From the NCBI RefSeq assembly GCF_009914755.1, contig NC_060930.1: DNA of 64,000 bases; one strand, given 5' to 3'. The notes below the pieces were generated by a model. It was not told where the DNA came from, did no database searches, and saw only the letters and a program-made list of their open reading frames with translations. The stretch comes from the human T2T-CHM13v2.0 reference genome, Homo sapiens. Shown one piece after another: positions 49,901-62,364 of this stretch (the stretch's first letter is position 1; each line of letters opens with the position of its first letter). A program made the translations under genes and the position numbers.

Positions 49901-50080
49901 GAGGACCTGGAAAAAATTCAAAAATAGATAGTGTCACTATCACTGCCATTACTGCAATTTCTGGTAGTTCTCCTGTTAGCGCTATTCTAAATGTGGATGC
50001 TGCTGGCTCCATCTACGGATCCTGTCCACTGTCCAAATATTGTGCTAAATGATTTATATCTCAAAAGTCTTTTAAAAGAG

Positions 50081-51001
50081 TTACCGGGCCGGACAACTCA
50101 TGGCGGCGGCGGCGGCGGCAGCTGCTTGGGCGCGGTGCGGTGTTGACTGAGCTACGAGCCTGGCGGAGGGTGCGCGCCGAGCCCCGGTCCGGCCAGGCCC
50201 CTGCGTGCGTCCCAGGCTCCGCACCCCTGATGCTGCGCGGGTGCTGAGCCTGCTCCGGCCGGGACGATGGTGAAGTATTTCCTGGGCCAGAGCATGCTCC
50301 GGAGTTCCTGGGACCAAGTGTTCGCCGCCTTCTGGCAGCGGTACCCGAATCCCTATAGCAAACATGTCTTGACGGAAGACATAGTACACCGGGAGGTGAC
50401 CCCTGACCAGAAACTGCTGTCCCGGCGACTCCTGACCAAGACCAACAGGATGCCCCGCTGAGCCGAGCGACTGTTTCCTGCCAATGTTGCTCACTCGGTG
50501 TACATCCTGGAGGACTCTGTTGTGGACCCACAGAATCAGACCATGACTACCTTCACCTGGAACATCAACCACGCCCGGCTGATGGTGGTGGAGGAACGAT
50601 GTGTTTACTGTGTGAACTCTGACAAGTGGCTGGACCGAAATCCGCCGGGAAGCCTGAGTCTCCTCTAGCTTATTTGGTGTCTTCAGAGCTGTCCAGGAAT
50701 TTGGACTTGCCGGTTCAAAAGCAACGTGACCAAGACTATGAAGGGTTTTGAATATATCTTGGCGAAGCTGCAAGGCGAGGCCCCTTCCAAAACACTTGTT
50801 GGGACAGCCAAGGAAGCCAAGGAGAAGGCAAAGGAGACGGCACTGGCAGCTACAGAGAAGGCCAAGGACCTCGCCAGCAAGGCGGCCACCAAGAAGCAGC
50901 AGCAGCAGCAGCAACAGTTTGTGTAGCCAGCCCACCACCACCACAGCACCCCAGACAGCTAGGCTTAGCCCCTCGGCCCTCCCTCCATTGTACTTTATCA
51001 T
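50081..51001 (-). other. 306-codon antisense ORF over the PRELID1 retrocopy; no evidence of expression
   Basis: ORF track; codons are in register with the sense CDS; weak Kozak context (ttttaATGa). Confidence 0.2.
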
Positions 51002-51039
51002 TAAAAATCAACTTCCAGCCCTGTCAAAAAAAAAAAAAA
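50086..51039 (+). pseudogene. PRELID1P1: Young processed PRELID1 pseudogene with 5'UTR, disabled CDS (50267-50926), 3'UTR and poly(A)
   Basis: [34 protein letters not shown]... and ...KAATKKQQQQQQQFV are PRELID1. TGA at 50459-50461, -2 deletion at about 50625, TGA at 50655, -1 deletion at about 50711. ATTAAA at 51000-51005, poly(A) at 51026-51039. TSD AAAAGAGTTACC 50074-50085 / AAAAAAGTTACC 51034-51045 at a TT|AAAA site. Flanks look like a split MIR. The locus symbol is from memory. Confidence 0.96.
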
Positions 51040-51109
51040 GTTACCATTATAATATTCATTGCTCTGATAAAGAAACTGAGGCTTAGGGAACTGAAATACT
51101 TTTTCTAAA

Positions 51110-52660
51110 CTTATTGTTTGCATATTTAAATATTCTACATATTTTTTACTAATGTTTTCTCCGATTTATGTACAACTTCCTAAGAGAAGTGTGTTAAAAT
51201 TTTCCACTGTCATAGTAAATTTTTGAATTTCTTCTTCTCATGATTTTGGCAAATTAAATTTTATTTTGTGACAATTTTGAAAGTTTATGGGAACTCTATC
51301 ATTAATTCTATTGTTTGCTTTCGTAAATATGCAAAAATTCTTTTTATCTCATGATTATTTTTACCTTAAAACCTTTTGTATTTGATATTAATGGAGTTAT
51401 ATCAGTTAGCGTTTGCCTTGTTTTGATCATTTTACTTTTAGCCTTTCTTTTACTATGTTAGTTATGTTAAAAGACATTTAGCCGGATAGTTTTAAATTTT
51501 TATATTAATCTGAGGATCTCCTTTAATTGCTGACTTTAATCCATTTATATTTATTGTGATTACTGATAAAGTTTGTTTTATTTTTATTGTCATGGTGGTA
51601 GTTCTGTTTATTAGTGATATTGCTCTAAATTTTTTTCTTCCAGTTTCTTCCATCATTGAATTTTTAAAAAATCAAACGTAAAACAAGGACAAACACTTAA
51701 AATAAGATGACTATTTTCTGGAAATATTTCTAAAGATATTTGGCCAAGAATATATAAAAGGAAGGCTGCTGTGGAAACTTTTTGCTCTTCTGGTACAATG
51801 TCATAGCTTTTCCTTTCTCTTTCTTCCTACTGGAATGCAGACGTTCTGGCTATAGCTGTAACAGCTATCTTGTAACCAAAAGAATAGCAGAGACATTGAT
51901 AGCCATGGGACAGAACTTAACAGCTTTCTCTTGTCTTCCTATTATATGAGGAAAATAATCTATTTTAAGTCACTGTACTTGGGTTATAAATGGAGTCAAA
52001 TACAAAATATATATATATTTTTCTCTCTTAATTTCTAGTAGATGGTTATCCCACCCACCTTTCTTCTTTTGATTTTGAAATCGTACATTCATTTTTGATC
52101 CTTCAGTTGTTATTCTTCAATTTTTAGAAAACAATTGTCTTTACAATGGGCTAAAACTACTTGATATATCTCTACCCTTCTAAATAAATAATATAAAAGA
52201 ATGCTTTTGTCTCAGTCACCCTCATCATTCTTTCCTATCTCCCAAATATAAAGCCTGATATTTTAGATTCAATTTATTTATACTGTTCAAATTAGTGACT
52301 GTTACTGTTATATTTATAATCAAAACATGTTTAGATTTCCCAATATTTTTACAAGTTTATTTTTGTAATCTTCTTTCTTATTTTACTGTCTTCTTACTGA
52401 AATTTAATAAATGTTCCTTCAGTTAGGTCTGCAAAACTTGATCTATTTTGATCTTTGCTTGTTAATATATTTATTTAAGCTTCACATTTGAATAAGATTA
52501 TGTAGAATTCTAACTTAAGATATATATTCCCTCAGCTCTTTGAAGATGTTACTGCATCGTCTTCTGACTTCTGTTGTAGTTCTAAGAAATCTGCTCTCAT
52601 CTAATTGTTCTTTTGTGTGTCTTTTTTCTGATTGCTTTTATTATATCTTCCTTGTCTTTG
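51110..52660 (-). mobile_element. Ancient L1M fragments, with a probable MLT1 LTR piece at about 51760-51990
   Basis: Degraded L1 antisense motifs (tttaatccatttatatttattgtgattactgata; catcgtcttctgacttctgttgtag). Confidence 0.5.
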
Positions 52661-53082
52661 ATTTTCTTTCTTCTGTTTCTTATCCTGACAGTGGCAGCAG
52701 CAGCACTCCACCCACCTCAGCAGCTCAGGTTTTTTGGTTTCAATAATGGAAACTGCTGCTGCCCAGCAACCTCAGCAGTCAGTCTCTAGCAGTACCAGTA
52801 GCAGGCAACACTTGTAGCGTGGATGTGGCGGCAACAACAATGGGAATGTGGGCTCCCAGATTTTTTAGTGTCCTCAGGAGTAGGAGCTGTTGGCTTCTTA
52901 CAATATGGTTGTACTAATGGTTCCAACAGCACAACAACAACAGCAACACTTAGGTAAGACCTAAGTGTTATCTTTTGCTCCTTTAGCTCTTCTAACACAT
53001 TGTAAATAATTCTCTATATTATACTCTTCTAATTGAAACACCTAGGGTATTTCTGTTTCCCACCTGGATGTTGATTAATACA
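52660..53082 (+). mobile_element. Old ERVL LTR fragment (LTR33/LTR16-like)
   Basis: Terminal tattatactcttctaattgaaacacctagggtatttctgtttcc...taataca. Confidence 0.5.
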
Positions 53083-53095
53083 ATATAAGTGAGAA

Positions 53096-53455
53096 TATGG
53101 CAGATTATATTAATGTTAAATATTATACAACCTTATCCCAATGATATTAATATTGGCCATCCAATTTGTTTTAACTAGTGAAATGGGAGCAGAAGTAACA
53201 TGTGTCATGTTCAAGCACAAGCTTTAAGAGATATTACATGGTTTTCACTCTATTCTCATTTACCTCTGCGACAAGACCAGCAATGTCCCAGAGAAGAGCT
53301 GCCCAATAGTTTGGATTCTGGAGTGCAGACATGAGCCTGAGGCACAGCCGAAATATAATGGGCATGTAACATGAACAAGAAATATACCTTCGTTGTTGTA
53401 AACTACTAATATTTTTGAATAATTTGCTATTGCTGTATAATTTAGGATGACATAT
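53096..53455 (+). mobile_element. MLT1 (H/I/J-type) MaLR LTR
   Basis: gaaatgggagcagaagtaacatgtgtca...gctttaagag...catgaacaagaaatataccttcgttgttgtaa. Confidence 0.7.
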
Positions 53456-55029
53456 AATTTGGGTTTACTTTTACTTATTATGTTTGAGAATAATTGGACT
53501 CAATCTGAGAAATTATTTTTCGATTCTGAAAATTCTGCCATTAGCTTTGTGAATATTGCCTCCTGCAACTCACAAGCCTCATTTTCTTGTTCTCAAATTA
53601 GAAATATATTGACTTTCTTATTATATTCTTTTTAAATTGTAACTTCTCATATTTTCACATGGATAACTCTTTGTGTTACATTCTAAATAATTTTCTCCAT
53701 CTGTCTTCCAGTTTATCTGTGTCTAATATCCTAATAGACTGTCCATTATTTAATGACTATATTTTTATGCCTGAAAATTTGATTGCATTTTATAAGTGTT
53801 TTTCCCTCTTTATAACATTAATTTTTCCTTTTGATTTATATTTGTTCTTTTGTCTTTTTTCATTTAAAATGTACTTATTTCATAATCTTTAGATTGTTTC
53901 CGTTATTATAGAGTTAAATTCTTTCTGTTTGTGGGATTCACTGACTCTCCCTCATAATGGGATTATTTCCTCATATATTTTATAGTTTTTAGCAATGAAG
54001 CCATCTTCAATGGGGATTTTTTCCCTTCTAGGAATGTTGTGAACTCTAAACTAGTGTAATATTATTTATTTTTTTCACATTTCCATCTTCTAGTGCTAGA
54101 GAAATTCATAGGACTAGGACTAGGAGTAGTTTCTCACTAATATTTTTTGGCTTGAGAAGTCAAGCACTATGACATTAATGTAAATTTTAGACCCCAGACT
54201 TGTGTACAGCACAGGTTTGGGGCTTTGATTTTTCAACAGGAGGTTTTATTCATCAGTATCCTCAATCAGCAACAAATAAGTTTTGCTGGTCAAAGTTTTT
54301 TTCAGGTTCTTTTTCATTGAAAGGGTATCCCTCCAAGGACCCCACATTTTCTATAGATATGTCAATGCTACACCTACCATCTCACTTTATGTGAGATTAA
54401 AGACCCAGTACTTACATGTTAGAGCTTTTCTCCATGTTTGATAGCTCTTAGGGACCATATCTAATCTAATATCACAAAAAAGCTATTTAGCATCTGTTTG
54501 CAAAAATATCATTCTATTAATTCTAGTTTGTGTTTCTAGTATCAACTGTTCTAGCTCAATGTCTATATCAAGTTTTGTAGTATTTTGTGCACATTTCTCT
54601 GTGTTTGTAAGGAAAAGAGTTCTTAGGTTAGCTCAAAATATCTAATTGCTAGATGTAGAAATAAATATATGCATATATGTGTATAGGTTATACATATGTA
54701 TGTTTCATATATCTATATATATGTTTCATACACATATAGAAATATATATGAAAGGTAGAGGTCATCTATATGTTCACTGAGTTAGCAGAAAACATAATTT
54801 AAACCTGAAAAACAAAAGCAGACAAAAATTGCATGGAGAAATGCAGAACCTTATTAAACAAAGGAATAGGCAAGGTTATGGATTTGGGGGAAGAGTGGCC
54901 CTTTGGTTAAATTCAAAAGAAGCAGTGTTTTTATTGGATCAAAGGAAACTGGGCCCATTACTGACTAGGAATGTTCTCTGGAGCTTGCTGATTGTTGAGA
55001 GATTTAGCTCAAAGTTGTGTGAGCCACGA

Positions 55030-57140
55030 ATACATACCACCATTATAGTATTACAATTTTCTCCATTTGTCTATGTATTTACCTTTATTTGTGAGTTTTA
55101 TACTTTCATATGCTTTGGTGCTGCTCTTTAGGTCCTTCCATTTCAACTTGAACAATTTCTACTAGCATCTTTTTTTTTTTTTGTAAAGCATGTTGAGCAA
55201 TAAACTCATTCTGCTTTGGTTTGCCTAGGAAAGTCTGTATCTTCATTTCTGAAGCATAGTTTTTATCAGGTATGGCATTGTTGGTTGGCAACTTTTTTCT
55301 TTTGGCACTTTGAATATATCATTCCACTTTTTTTCTGCCCTGCAAGGTTTCTGCCAGAAAGTCTGCTGATAGTCTGATGGTGTTCCCTTGTATGTGGTAA
55401 TTTGCTTTTCTTTTGCTACTTTCAAAATTCTCTCTTTGCCTTTGATTTGGAAAATTTTATTGTAATGTATCTTGGTGTAGATTTCTTCTCCTGTTTGGCA
55501 TCCCTTTGGCTTCATGAATTTGGATGTTGATTTCTCTTCCAAGATTTGGGAAATTTCAGCCATTTGGAGAAGGTACACATCTCTGAGACTTCCTCCACCA
55601 GCAGGGAGATAGAGGAGTGGAGAGTACACAGAGGTTTCAGGGGCTCCTAAAATTTGTAGCCAGGCTAATTGCTGGAGGCTTTTAAGCCAGTCTGGAAAGA
55701 CTGGGAAAGGTGGCTGTTTCTTCAATTGCTCAATACCAATGCAAATTTACAAGAAACATGAAGAATTTGGAATATATGATACAACTAAAAGAACAAAATC
55801 ATTCTCTAGTAACCAATCCTAAAGAAATGGATATGTATATACTGCTTGACAATTAAAAATTATTGCCTTGGAGCTCAGTGAGCTGTAAGAGAACACAGAA
55901 ATACAACTAAAAGCAATTAGATAAATGATACGTAAACAATATGAGACTATCAACAGAGCTAGAAACCATTAAAAAAGACCAAACAGAAAATCTAGGACTA
56001 AAGACTATAATAAATAAACTAAAACTTTTAATAGAGAGCTTCAACAGCAGGCCTGGACAATCAGAAGAAAGATTCAGCAAACTTGAAGTGAGGTCTTTTA
56101 AAATTATGCAGTCAGAAGAAGAAAAAGAAAAAAAGATTGAAAAAAGTGAAGAAACCTTAAGAGAGTTATGAAACATTATTAAATGAACCAATATATGCAT
56201 ATGCATATCTCAGAAAGAGGAGAGAGAGAGAGAGAAGGGGGAGGAAAGCTTATTTAAATATTTCTTTAAATTTTACTGTAGAGTTATTTTGTTTCCCTAG
56301 TTGTGTCATATATTCCTAATTCTTCATGAGTCTTGTGATTTTGCATGGTATATGAGCAATGGAAGAAGCAGCTACCTTTCCCAGTTTTTACACACTTGCT
56401 TTGCTGAGGAAAGACCTTCACCAATCAACCTAGCTAAAGATTCTAGGGGTCTCTGACACCTCTGTGCACTCTATTTCTCTAACCTCTCTCCTGGGGAAGA
56501 ATGGGGATGTACACCTTCTCTCATTCTCATAGGGCTGAGTTTGCTGCAGTTAGTTGTCCACACCTTCTCCCTAGGGCAGTGCCTCAAAAGCCTGTGATGT
56601 TGGATGCATGCTTCATTCCTTCCCTTCCTCCAGGAGGCAAAAGTCTGGGCATTGCCCAGATTTTTCCACTCTTGCAGAGCTGTCTGGCTGCAGGAAGATT
56701 TCTTCTCCTTTTCTTGGTTCTTAATTGCCTCCAGGCTTCTGGAATGGAAGCCCCAATAATGGAACTATGCTGGTTCCGTTAGTATTTTGTGTGAGGTAAA
56801 ACAGAAACCAGTCCCTATGGCAGTGCACTGAAAGGCCTGAGACATTGGATACATACTCCACTATTTTCTCTGAGGAAGAAATACAAGTTGGAGGCAGTCT
56901 TTCTTGGTCCTGAGATGGGCTGGCATGGGGGAGGAGGTAATGTGGATAAAGTGAAATTGTTCTTTTCACCTTTTTAAATGCAACTGTTCTCAGTTTGTGA
57001 TGATCTGGGGGTACTGCTTCATCTGAGCTGGATTCTGAACCTCTCATAAGGATTTTCTGGTCCATACATTGTTGTGAAATCAGTGTTTCTCCCAGGAAAC
57101 AAAGCCTGGGACTTTCTATTACACCATGTTGCTATCACCT
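55030..57140 (-). mobile_element. Old L1M 5'/ORF1 region with an internal inverted segment (55566-56260 on +)
   Basis: ORF1-like peptides on minus (55243-55725) and on plus (55941-56171); see finding. Confidence 0.8.
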
Positions 57141-57498
57141 CCTCTCACATTCTTCTTGGTGAAACATTTTATTTCCTTGTAAATGCAGTCTTTATCCAGT
57201 CAATTTTTGCTTGAGATCAATAATTTTTCAAGATAAAGATTAGCTCAAGCACATAGGTCTACTTAGTTGCTTCACTTTTGTACAAATCACACACGAACTA
57301 AAAGCACAGTGTTAAGCAGTGTTTCATCTCTCCCCAAATGTGAAACATGCAGTTTTATCATTTTAATTGTTTCCATTTAAATACTGTTTAAGTATGATGT
57401 TGGTGTTACTGTAGAAAATTAAATATAAATTTTCTCCAAATTAATGTAATTTTAAGCAATCTTTTGACTATAAGAAGTTTTCATTAACTGATTTAAAT

Positions 57499-57589
57499 TA
57501 GTTGTTCTCAAATTTGAAAACTCATGGATCCTGAGAATATATTTGCATTTTCCTGAAGAATCTATACCCTCCAGTTTGAGAAACAACTG
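57499..57589. mobile_element. Short hAT MITE (MER5-like)
   Basis: TIR-like tagttgttctcaaa / tttgagaaacaactg. Confidence 0.45.
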
Positions 57590-59332
57590 TTTTAAATATT
57601 GATTTTCATTAAAAGCTTCTTATTAAAATATTTACAAAATTTTATACAGCTGGACTTAGCTGAATTTTCTTATTTTTTGCAGTTTATGACAGCTATTGTT
57701 AGAGATAATGATTGTGGTAAACTTGTGGGAGTCGTTCTATTTCCTTTCTCTTTTCAGGAACACTGCCAGTATCAGGAATCACTGGCTGCCTCAAAATTGC
57801 AGCTGTGGTTGTCTTCTCAGATTACTAGGAAATTAAAGCAGTGTTCGTAGCAAACTTGAAAATTATTATTCAGCAAAGATTTGTACTAAGAAACACAGTT
57901 AATGAATGAAGACATTTAAAGGAAAAGATTGAGTAAAAATAAGAGAAAAATCTAGTTGTTAAATTAACCAATAGATCTTATACAAAAGGAAAGGAGGAAA
58001 AGAAAAATGCTGTATTTCAAGTTCCTCTTCCAACATTGGATTTTTTTTCCTCTCTCTCCTCTTTATTTAAATTTAATCTCTTTGTAGGTGATTATTTATT
58101 CTACTTTAAATGAAATATGCATAAGAAAATTGATACATGTTTGCAAGTTACAGTAAATTTTGTAACATTGGTTCTGACAATCTCCTTAATAATGAATGTG
58201 TATGTGTTCTGATCCAGAACTAGATTTCATTGTGTGATACCTGTTAAAAGTTTGGATGATATTTACTATCTTTATTTGTATTCTCTTTACATATGGACAA
58301 TTAACCACTCTAGAAAGCTCATTTCAATTCTAATAGAGATTTTAAATGTGTTGTGATGATTCTATGATTCATGCTACGAAGTGCTCTAAAATAAATACAA
58401 AATGCAACTATCTTTAATACTCTGAAATTATTCATTATTAAATTAAAGTAGCATTCATTTTATGCTGGTTTTAATAGCTAATTTAACTATTTAAAGAAGC
58501 TACTTTAAAAAATAAGACACTTCTTTCCATATTACGTGGTGGGTATTCTCAATCTTCATCCCCAACCACATTCTCCCAGAATTTGGGTTGGTTAAAATTT
58601 AGTATTAATCTCCTTCCCGCTTTCAATACTTTCAAGGCAACAGTTTTCCCATTATGTCAAAACTGACTTATTTTTTCACAAACCAAATTTTTCTAGCTCT
58701 GTTGATCATTTAAGACTATTGAAAAATCAGGGCAGATTTTGGAAAGTACAGCAGAATACAATTTATTACTGGTAAATTGTCAGTTATGATCAGCCTTCAT
58801 GTTTTTTAAGATGAAACAATTTGTTTTAGAGGTGGGCAATTCTTAAAAAGACCAGTAGTTGGAGTTGGTTACACACACACAATAGTTATGTTTCCAATGT
58901 GGAAAATGCACCCAGTTTCTAAAATTCAGCAAATGATTTTCATTTGGTAGATGTTCAAACATATTAATTATTCTGGGAGTGCCAAAATAAATTTTAAAAA
59001 AACTTTTCTGGGCAAATTTGACACCCAAAATTTGGTCGTATGCTGCTCTATTAAATAATAATTATATGGATTAATCCATTGTATTCTTATATATAAATTA
59101 TTTACAATATATAGTAATTTATATTTACATATGTGTACACAATTTATATTTCCATATATGTAAAAAATTATTTTATTTTTTCTTATCTAAATATATTAGT
59201 ATAATATAGAATAAGTATATAACAGAATTTGGGGAGTTTTCTAGAACTATGACCCAAACTCAAACATCCTAAATTCACTCCCTAATTTATGTAAGGCTGT
59301 TTTTAAGCTTATGATTATGTAAGGCTGTTTTT

Positions 59333-59434
59333 GTTTTGTTTTGTTTTTTGTTTTTTTGTATTTTTGAGATGGAGTCTGGATCTGCTACCCAGGCTGGAGT
59401 GCAGTGGCGTGATCTCGGCTTACTGCAACCTCCA
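59333..59434 (-). mobile_element. Severely 5'-truncated AluS (69-bp body plus patterned tail)
   Basis: Alu 3' end at 59366-59434; 14-bp TSD GTAAGGCTGTTTTT at 59319-59332 and 59435-59448. Confidence 0.92.
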
Positions 59435-60531
59435 GTAAGGCTGTTTTTAAGCTTATGAATTAAAACCTTAATACACAAGGGATAGTTAATCTATGAGAGT
59501 TTTAATAAATCTGTAATTACTTTGATAAAAATCTGAAAATAATAGTAGCATCATAATGATTTGAGATTTTATGATGTTATTTAATTGAAAACTCTGAGTT
59601 GAATAGAAAAGAAATGCAGACTTTAAGAAAGACTTCTTCAAATGTACTGTAAATGCAAAAAAAAAACTATAGAAAAATATTTCTCTTGGATTTAAAAGTA
59701 TTAAATGTCTTGCAAAAATGCTTGTCAGCAAATGAATTTTTTTATGGATGGAGAAATGAACTGAGAGGTTATCATCTGTTTTAACATTAAATGTGTAGAT
59801 AAACAATCAAATAACTTATGGTAAAGAGATTCATTGTGGGTCATACCATGATTCCTTCACTTGCCTCAGTATGTGAATCATATTAATGAACAATAATTTA
59901 GTATTAATTGTACAAAAATGGTAATATTTATGATGTTATCCTAGAGGACTGTATATCCAAATTTGATTTAGTTGAAAACAACTGTGGTGCCGTTGAAACT
60001 AAGCTAAGGGTGAGCCAGAGTGTTGAGCCAGCAGATGTCAGAGATTTGAGCTCCACCATCATAGACAGCACATTAGTATATTAGAGTGGAAAATGAAACC
60101 CCACGATTAATGCTTGCCTGATGGTTGATTGATGAAACTGAAAAATTCAAAATACTGAAGTAAAATAAAGGAGTAGAGGAGAGGGAGACAAAAAAGAAAC
60201 AGTGAGAGAAATTGAGAGTGTGTGTGAGAGATTCAGAGAGATGACAAAACTGATTTTCCTATATTAAAATTTCTGTCAGACTTTAGATATTATGAAAAGT
60301 GAGAGAAAACTATTGGGTTGACCTACATAAAATTGCTGCTAATTTACAGTTTTGACCTTCAAATATAACATTTTCATGTGCTTCCACATAATATAAAATC
60401 CCTAACTCAAGGTCTAACTTTTGATGAGGATATTACATAAGGCAATTCCTAACCTTTTCTCATATAACGCAGTATACAATAAGTTTTGCCCCTCTTGTAG
60501 TAGCATTCTACAATTCTGTAGAGATTTTGTG

Positions 60532-62364
60532 TGATACGATTTGGCTGCATCCCCACCCAAATCTCATCTTGAGTTGTATCTCCCATAATTCCTCCATGTC
60601 GTGGGAGGGACCCAATGGGAGATAATTGAATCATGGGGGTGGTTTCTCCCATACTGTTGTTGTGGTAGTGAATAAGTCTCACTAGATCTGATGGTTTTAT
60701 GAGGGAAAACCCCTTTCGCTTGGTTCTCATTCTGTCTTGCCTGCTGCCATGTAAGAAATGCCTTTCATCTTCTACCATGATTGTGAGGTCTCCCCAGCCA
60801 CGTTGAACTGTGAGTCATTAAACCTCACCTTCTTTATAAATCACCCAGTCTTGGGTATGTCTTTATCAGCAGTGTAAAAACAGACTAATACAGTAAATTG
60901 GTACCAGTAGGGTAGGGTGCTGCTGAAAAGATACCCGAAAACATGGACGTGACTTTGGAACTAGGTAACAGGCAGATTTTGGAACAGCGTGGAGGGCTCA
61001 GAGGAAGACGGAAATTGTGGGAAAGTTGGGAACTCCCTAGAGACTTGTTGAATGGCTTTGACAAAAACGCTGATAATGATATGGACAATGAAATCCAGGC
61101 TGAGGTGGTCTCAGATAGAGATGAGAAACTTGTTGGAAACTGGTGTAAGACTCTTGCTGGTGGCATTTTGCCCTTGCCCTAGAGATATGTGGAACTGTGA
61201 ACTTGAGGGAGATGATTTAGGGTATATGGCAGAAGAAATTTCTAAGCAGCAAAGCATTCAAGAGGTGACTTAGGTGCTATTGAAAGCATTCAGTTTTAAA
61301 AGGAAAACAGAGCTTGAAAGTTCAGAAAATTTGCAGGCTGATGATACAATAAAAAAGGAAAACCCATTTTCTGAGGAGAAATTCAAGCTGGTTGCAGAAA
61401 TTTGCATAGGTAACAAGGAGCCAAATTTTAATCACCACGGCAATAAGGAAAGTGTCTCCAGGGCATGTCACAGACCTTTTCGTCAGCCCATCCCATCACA
61501 GTCCTGGAGGCCTAAGAGGAAAAAATGGTTTCATGGGCCAGGCCCAAGGGCCCCTCTGCTCTGTGCTGCCTACGGACTTGGTCCCCTGTGTCCCGGCCAC
61601 TCCAGCCATGGCTAAAAAGGGCTAAGGAACAGTTTGGGCCATTGCTTCAGAGGGTGCAAGCCTCAAGCCTTGGCAGCTTCCAGATGGTGTTGAGCCTGCG
61701 GATGCATAGAAGTCAAGAACTGAGGCAGTGGAACCTCCATCTAGATTTCAGAGAATGTATGGAAATGCCTAGATGTCCAGACAGAAGTTTTCTACATAGG
61801 TGGAGCCCTCATGGAGAACCTCTGCTAGGGCAGTGCAGAAGGAAAATGTGGAATTAAAGCCCCTACACAGAGACCCAACTGAGGTACTGCCTAATGGAGC
61901 TGTGAGAAGAGTGCCACCATCCTCCAGTCCCCAGAATGGTAGATCCACTGATAGCTTGCACCATGTGCCTGGAAAAGCCGCAGACACCTAATGCCACCCT
62001 GTGAAAGCAGTTGGGAGAGAGGCTGTACCCTGCAAAGCCACAGGAGTGGAGCTGCCCAAGACCATGTGAACCCACCTCTTGCATCAGCATGACCTGTATG
62101 TGAGACATGGAGTCAGTCAAAGGAGATTATTTTGGAGCTTTAAGATTTGACTGCCCCACTGGATTTTGGACTTGCATGGGGCCTGTCGCCCCATTGTTTT
62201 GGCCCATTTCTCCCATTTGGAATGGGTGTATTTATCCAATGCCTGTATCCCATTTGAGGCCTCCCCAGCCCTGTGGAACTATGAGTCCATTAAACCTCTT
62301 TTTCTTTATAAGTCACCCAGTCTTAGGTATGTCTTTATCAGCAGCATGAAAACAGACTAATACA
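60532..62364 (+). mobile_element. THE1 (B/C-type) MaLR provirus: 5' LTR 60532-60892, internal region to about 62254, partial 3' LTR 62255-62364
   Basis: TGATACGATTTGGCTG start; both LTR copies end CAGACTAATACA; the internal region starts GTAAATTGGTACCAG. Confidence 0.93.

Noticed and set aside
50267-50926. Functional PRELID1 paralogue
   Set aside because: Stop at codon 65, a second in-frame TGA and two deletions; poly(A) and TSD show it is a retrocopy.
60885-62360. ORF cluster as retroviral genes
   Set aside because: Degenerate THE1 internal sequence; MaLR elements lack pol/env and the ORFs are short.
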